From: a virus | Virus record (IMG/VR): IMGVR_UViG_3300045988_121917 | Span: 1-64,000 of that record | Reading direction: 5' to 3' (one strand) | Length of the DNA stretch: 64,000 nucleotides | Shown: in pieces, positions 59,343-64,000 of the stretch | Position numbering within the stretch: the stretch's first letter is position 1 | Layout of the letters: the number at the start of each line of letters is the position of its first letter | Notes under the pieces: model-generated | What the model was told of the DNA's origin: nothing | Databases searched by the model: none | The model's input: only the letters and a program-made list of their open reading frames with translations | Made by a program: the position numbers and the translations under genes

Positions 59343-61466
59343 TTAATCTTGAGTAGAAATTACTAAGAAGAACTTAGAACATCTATCTGCTGTTGTTCCA
59401 TTATATGTATTTCTAACCATGCAATAATAATATCCGCCTTCGTTATCTTTTGGTTTAAAGATTGACTGAGTTTCTCCCTCAATAGGAATATCATTATCAA
59501 AGGTGTAATTTCCAAGTGCCGCATCTTGAACGTCTTCATCAATATTACTATTTGTACCCTTATAGTATTTATACCATTGATATGTAATAGTATCAGCATC
59601 AGTTCTCATAAGACCTTCGCCGCGTTCTTTAGCTAATGAATAATCTACTTTCAATCCATAATTATGAGCAATTGAATAGTCAACTTTTAATTCAGTCCTT
59701 TTAGGAGTATCTACTACTGGATCTCCATGCCCATCGAAACTTGAGATTTCAATATTAACAGGACTTGCAACATGAGTTACACGACAATTTCTTGTCTCTT
59801 CAGTTGAAGTTTCGTTGTTGATACTATTAGTAGCAACTACTGCATAATATCCATCTCCAACTGCTCCAGTTTTATCAGTTGCATCATTAGAACCTACAAT
59901 TGTATAAATTGGATTGGTAGCGTCCGCAATTCTCTCCCAAGGAGCATTAATATCAACACTTGTAACGAGATTTGGTTTATCTTGATTATCATAGTGCTTA
60001 GTTTGAACTTTCTTCAATTTGCCTTCATCATCAAAAGCATCTTTTACATTTTCTGGTTTAATCTTATACCACTGATATGTAATAACACCGCTATCACTCT
60101 TACCAGTTTGAGTTGTTAAAACGCCTTTGAACTCTTCAGCTTCTTTAAGAACTAAAGATTCATCAATATCTTTAACAATAGTAACTTCGCTTGGGTGGAA
60201 GATTTGACAAATAACACTTAATGTGCTTTCACGGCTCTTTCCTACACGGTTTGTTGCAACAGCTACATAACGTCCAGTAGAAGTAATTTTAACTTGAGAT
60301 TTTCTTTCAAATACACCTGTTGGAGTAGCCCAATCTACAGCTCTTAAATCTTCTTCTGTCATTAATTCATAAGCTGGAACTCCATCTTCTGCAGCAGTAG
60401 GTTTATAATAATATTTAGTATCACTCTGAGCAGTATCAGTAGTTTGAACATAAATATTTTTAGCAGTTAATAGACCAATGTATTCATTTGTATCAATATC
60501 ATACATTCTCCATACATAGGATAAAGTACCACCATCTGGAGAAACTGCTTCAACTTGCTGCATAGTATAACCAACTTCTGTAGCGAAAGATACTGTTTCT
60601 GCAAGATTCTCGATAAATACAGGAGGCTGAGCCTTTGTAGTATCTCCAGTAGCAGTAGAATCTACTAATCTTTCAAGAACTTTCTTATCATCTTCATCAA
60701 ATACATTTTCACCATCAAGCATCATTTGCGGAATGTTGAAATCTAATGTAGGCTTAATAGATACAGTTGCTGTCTTTGTTGATAAAGAATAAGTAAGCAT
60801 ATTAGTAATTTCATCTTGGATATAGAATCTAACTGCGAACTGTACGTTACCAGCATATTTAGTGATGTCGTTATTTAAACACCATCCAATTAAAATCTTA
60901 CCAGGATTACTTGTTACATCAGCAATATAAGGTGCGGAAATACCTTGAATAGTATTACCATTTTCATCTTTTTGACTTAATTGCCATTCAATATAAACAT
61001 TACAGTTATCTAAATCTTGGTTATCATAAAAACGATCTACTAAGAAATAAACAATTTCTGAAATATGGTCACCTTGTACGGATACACCATTTTTAGTAAA
61101 TGTTTGAGGAACAGAAATTTCTCTTGTATTAGCATCAATTTCAAATACATCTTCATCTAATGGAAGAACTGTATAGATTTTATCAATTTCAGCTAACTCA
61201 ACGATACTACCAAAATACTCAGCAAGAGATGTAATACCATTACTTGGTTCATAGTATGTTTCTGTTGGGTCAAACGCATTAGTTGCTTGGACATATTGAC
61301 CGTCTTTTGTTTTTACAAAATACATTCCTTCTCCGAATTGGCTTTCTTCCAAAGGAACTTCTACATATGTAAGTTTTAACTCGCCAGCATCACTTAAAGC
61401 TTTTGTAGCTTTTGAGAAAAGACGATTATATTTTGCACTATTCTGACTATTTACATAGGTAATCAT
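59343..61466 (-). CDS. virion structural protein (baseplate or fibre-associated)
   Basis: 707-aa ORF containing the domain shared with the 58695 gene. Position within the late module. Confidence 0.55.
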   Translation of the reverse strand: MITYVNSQNSAKYNRLFSKATKALSDAGELKLTYVEVPLEESQFGEGMYFVKTKDGQYVQATNAFDPTETYYEPSNGITSLAEYFGSIVELAEIDKIYTVLPLDEDVFEIDANTREISVPQTFTKNGVSVQGDHISEIVYFLVDRFYDNQDLDNCNVYIEWQLSQKDENGNTIQGISAPYIADVTSNPGKILIGWCLNNDITKYAGNVQFAVRFYIQDEITNMLTYSLSTKTATVSIKPTLDFNIPQMMLDGENVFDEDDKKVLERLVDSTATGDTTKAQPPVFIENLAETVSFATEVGYTMQQVEAVSPDGGTLSYVWRMYDIDTNEYIGLLTAKNIYVQTTDTAQSDTKYYYKPTAAEDGVPAYELMTEEDLRAVDWATPTGVFERKSQVKITSTGRYVAVATNRVGKSRESTLSVICQIFHPSEVTIVKDIDESLVLKEAEEFKGVLTTQTGKSDSGVITYQWYKIKPENVKDAFDDEGKLKKVQTKHYDNQDKPNLVTSVDINAPWERIADATNPIYTIVGSNDATDKTGAVGDGYYAVVATNSINNETSTEETRNCRVTHVASPVNIEISSFDGHGDPVVDTPKRTELKVDYSIAHNYGLKVDYSLAKERGEGLMRTDADTITYQWYKYYKGTNSNIDEDVQDAALGNYTFDNDIPIEGETQSIFKPKDNEGGYYYCMVRNTYNGTTADRCSKFFLVISTQD

Positions 61467-61494
61467 CTATTTTATCCCAATCCTTTCTTAGAAT

Positions 61495-61545
61495 TTTAAA
61501 AAGAGGAAAGAAAAAACTATTTCTTTCCTCTTTACTTTTTCTTTC
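61495..61545 (-). terminator. rho-independent terminator
   Basis: AGAGGAAAGAAAAAACTATTTCTTTCCTCT hairpin flanked by T-rich tracts. Confidence 0.7.
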
Positions 61546-61577
61546 AAAAGATATGAAAGAAAGAGATTCATTTATAA

Positions 61578-61814
61578 TTATTTTTGGCCAACTTCTCGCC
61601 ATTCATCCAGTTCATCCTCTGGAATAGTAACGCTTTGGACAAAAGTCTTACCATCTTTGGTAAGACTTTTTCTTGCGTCTGCTACTAATCTATATTTACG
61701 AATATAGTAAATATCTTCAAGATGAACTGTACTTGTAATTGTTCCATTAGTACCTAAATAGGTATACAAAACAGTTTTAGTCATCTTTTTAGAATCCTCC
61801 TTATTTGAATTCAA
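61578..61814 (-). CDS. hypothetical protein
   Basis: 78-aa ORF overlapping the upstream gene's stop. Confidence 0.4.
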   Translation of the reverse strand: MNSNKEDSKKMTKTVLYTYLGTNGTITSTVHLEDIYYIRKYRLVADARKSLTKDGKTFVQSVTIPEDELDEWREVGQK

Positions 61815-64000
61815 TCATTGTTTCAGGGTCTGCATACATTCTAGCCAAAGATTTTTTAATCAGTGGTTTCATTTGTTCAGAAGCACCATAAATAAATGCT
61901 TTAGCTTCTGGATCGGTAATCATAGCTTCACCATTCTGTGCAAAAGAATTCTCTTGAATAGAAGTCAATTTACTGTTTTCAGTTTCAGTACCGATGTATA
62001 AAAACTTTAATGTAGCTGTACACATAATATACATGAAAGCTGAATCTCCAATTGTTTTAACGCTTGGAGGAATGATAATTGTGAAGTCTCCAGAAGGAGC
62101 ATCAGCAAGAGCCTGGTTAAATGCAAAATTACCAATCTTTTCCAACTTGTTTGGTAAACCAGTCCAAATAAGGTTTGAACACATTCTAAATGCCATAGCT
62201 CCAATTTCAATTAAGTTATTTGGAAGATAACAATATTTCATTTGAGAGCAGTTCTGAAATGCATTTTCTTTAATATATTTCAAAGGAGCATCTTCGTAGA
62301 AGAATACATGAGTTATTTCTGTCTGGTTAGAAAACTCTTGAATTATACTAATATCTGCGTTTCCATGGATTTTATCATTATGCTGTTTTGGAATAGTAAT
62401 TTTACCAGTTAAAGAAACACCAGGTTTAACACGTATAGAATAAGTTTGGTCTGTTTGCCAATTAAATTCAAAATACTTATCATCAGTAGGATTGTCATAA
62501 ACATTTTCAACACTGAATGCCGCATAGAACTTTAAGTTTTGAGTAGCTTTAATTGTTGTTAAATCTACAATAGGCGCTAAAGTTGCGGAACCGTATATAT
62601 TATTTTCACCAGAAATTCTTCTTGTATATCCTAAGAATCTATACTTACTTGTAATAGGAAGACTATCTTCTTTTGGATTTTGAACAAGATAATTTGGATC
62701 ATGTAATGCGCTTCCATGAACAACAGAATATCCAATCTTATTTCCATAAGTATTCTCAATCTCTCTCTCAGAGCCATCATCGTTTACAAGATAGAATTTT
62801 ATATCCCAATGGTGGTCTTCGAATACAGCATAAAATGTGTAATCAGTTTTATCAGCTAATAATTGTTGAGTTTCCCAATTATGGATTGCGCTATTACCTA
62901 ATAAAGTAACCCAGTTTGTATCATAAGACTCAATCAATCCAGTTCTATCAGGAGTTGTAGACCATCCAATAAAGTCTTGAGAAGGCTTTAATGCATTAAT
63001 TCTTGTCTCACTAAAAGCGGATTCAGTTCTGTCTTTTGGATTTATGAAGAAAACTCTTGGATTTGTCTCAAATTCATGTAAACCAATTTTATCTGTACCA
63101 ATTAAGGTTTCTGTTGTTGTAGTAACTCCAGTTAAGGGATCAGTTGTTTTATCTTGAATTACGAAACGTGCTGCAAAACCTTTAGTAACTTTCTTAAAGA
63201 AGAATGTTAAATTAGGATAATTCTTAACTAATAAGTCTTGAATTGCGCTTTCTTCAACTGCGACTTCATTGTTAATGTAAATGTAACCAGAAATTGTAGG
63301 AACTTTTGTTCCACTGGAAACACCAACGAAACTTGCATTAGTGATTAAATTCTCAAGTAATTGTGTATCTTTGATATCAACTGTATTCATAGTGCTGTCA
63401 TATTCATACATCTGGTTATTGTTGATGTATTGAATCCAATCTCCAGGATGCGCTTTATAATCTTCTGCTGTAAAAGCAACTAATCCAAAGTGACCATCAT
63501 CTCTGAAGTATTGAGAACTTGCACTAAATGTAGCTTCTGGGTCATCTACTAATACGTATGGACTCCATTGAACGTCAGTCATATTAATCTTTCTCTGTGC
63601 ACCCAAAGAAGCGGTTGCCGCATAGAATTTATTTAATAATTTATAACTATTATATCCTAAGCTTCCACCTATAATATTTAAAGTTGTTAAATTAGATTTT
63701 CCTTCTCCAACAGCCTTATCAGTTAATCCTTCGATATAAAGTCCTTTTTGAGCTACCAAATCTCCGCTCGGATTATTCTTATCTTTTTCTTCTGGAACTT
63801 TATAAGTTTCAATCAGATCAGTTAATAATCTTGCTTCAGTTAATTTTAAAGCTGCGGTTGAAGCGCTTAAATGCAATGTATCAAGTGCAACACCATCAGC
63901 AAAAGTAACTTGAGTAATGTTTGAACCAGTATCTCTAAAGTTCTGTAATTTTTCACTTGCAGATAAATCAAATGTTACGTTATTATCCTTAAAGGTAATG
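61801..64000 (-). CDS. structural protein with C-terminal BspA-type leucine-rich repeats (5' end outside window)
   Basis: LRR_5-like repeats (LPNNLIEIGAMAFRMCSNL, LPNKLEKIGNFAFNQ, IPPSVKTIGDSAFMY). There is no in-frame stop between 63877 and 64000, so the ORF continues past the window edge. The track start at 63876 is a TTG. Confidence 0.6.
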   Translation of the reverse strand, partial: ITFKDNNVTFDLSASEKLQNFRDTGSNITQVTFADGVALDTLHLSASTAALKLTEARLLTDLIETYKVPEEKDKNNPSGDLVAQKGLYIEGLTDKAVGEGKSNLTTLNIIGGSLGYNSYKLLNKFYAATASLGAQRKINMTDVQWSPYVLVDDPEATFSASSQYFRDDGHFGLVAFTAEDYKAHPGDWIQYINNNQMYEYDSTMNTVDIKDTQLLENLITNASFVGVSSGTKVPTISGYIYINNEVAVEESAIQDLLVKNYPNLTFFFKKVTKGFAARFVIQDKTTDPLTGVTTTTETLIGTDKIGLHEFETNPRVFFINPKDRTESAFSETRINALKPSQDFIGWSTTPDRTGLIESYDTNWVTLLGNSAIHNWETQQLLADKTDYTFYAVFEDHHWDIKFYLVNDDGSEREIENTYGNKIGYSVVHGSALHDPNYLVQNPKEDSLPITSKYRFLGYTRRISGENNIYGSATLAPIVDLTTIKATQNLKFYAAFSVENVYDNPTDDKYFEFNWQTDQTYSIRVKPGVSLTGKITIPKQHNDKIHGNADISIIQEFSNQTEITHVFFYEDAPLKYIKENAFQNCSQMKYCYLPNNLIEIGAMAFRMCSNLIWTGLPNKLEKIGNFAFNQALADAPSGDFTIIIPPSVKTIGDSAFMYIMCTATLKFLYIGTETENSKLTSIQENSFAQNGEAMITDPEAKAFIYGASEQMKPLIKKSLARMYADPETMIEFK

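Overview
This window reads as a contiguous piece of a large, AT-rich (about 30% GC) virulent dsDNA phage. It could also be a phage-like element. The host is probably a low-GC, anaerobic Firmicute. It uses the standard genetic code and is very gene-dense.

Positions 1-48.6 kb are all on the + strand and form an early/middle module of DNA replication and nucleotide metabolism genes:
- a split polynucleotide kinase/phosphatase-like pair;
- an SPFH/flotillin homolog and a PIN-PhoH fusion;
- an endolysin plus putative holin cassette;
- a two-subunit type IIA topoisomerase (GyrB-like and GyrA-like) with RNase H between the subunits;
- NAD-dependent ligase, DnaB-like helicase, DnaG-like primase, RecJ-like exonuclease, Dda/RecD-like helicase and a DnaE-type Pol III alpha;
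- guanylate-kinase-like dNMP kinase, anaerobic RNR NrdD/NrdG, dUTPase and a RuvC-like resolvase;
- a Sak4-like ATPase next to a possible SSB;
- two GIY-YIG nucleases flanking a ThyX-fold protein that seems to lack the RHR catalytic motif.

These genes are driven by about ten near-identical host sigma70-type promoters (TTGAYW-N17-TGnTATAAT) and separated by clean rho-independent terminators.

The most unusual block is a terminator-delimited operon at about 41.0-48.6 kb. It encodes a 413-aa Ser/Asn/Gly-rich repeat protein with a Cys-bearing tail, followed directly by two paralogous radical-SAM/SPASM (anSME-like) enzymes. After these come three unknown proteins, two of which are Cys-rich paralogs, and then a membrane coiled-coil protein. 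I read this as a candidate phage-borne radical-SAM protein/peptide maturation (RiPP-like) system.

A bidirectional terminator at about 48.6 kb separates this from a minus-strand late module (48.6-64 kb). That module has small unknowns including an HExxH protein, a holin-like gene, a 2171-aa tail-fibre-like giant with internal tandem repeats and its own consensus promoter, two paralogous structural proteins, and a BspA-type LRR structural protein that runs off the window edge.

Other oddities:
- a zinc-ribbon ORF between nrdD and nrdG interrupted by an in-frame TGA;
- a membrane-anchored coiled-coil protein with a C-terminal GIY-YIG domain;
- GC-rich stem-loops in intergenic spots.
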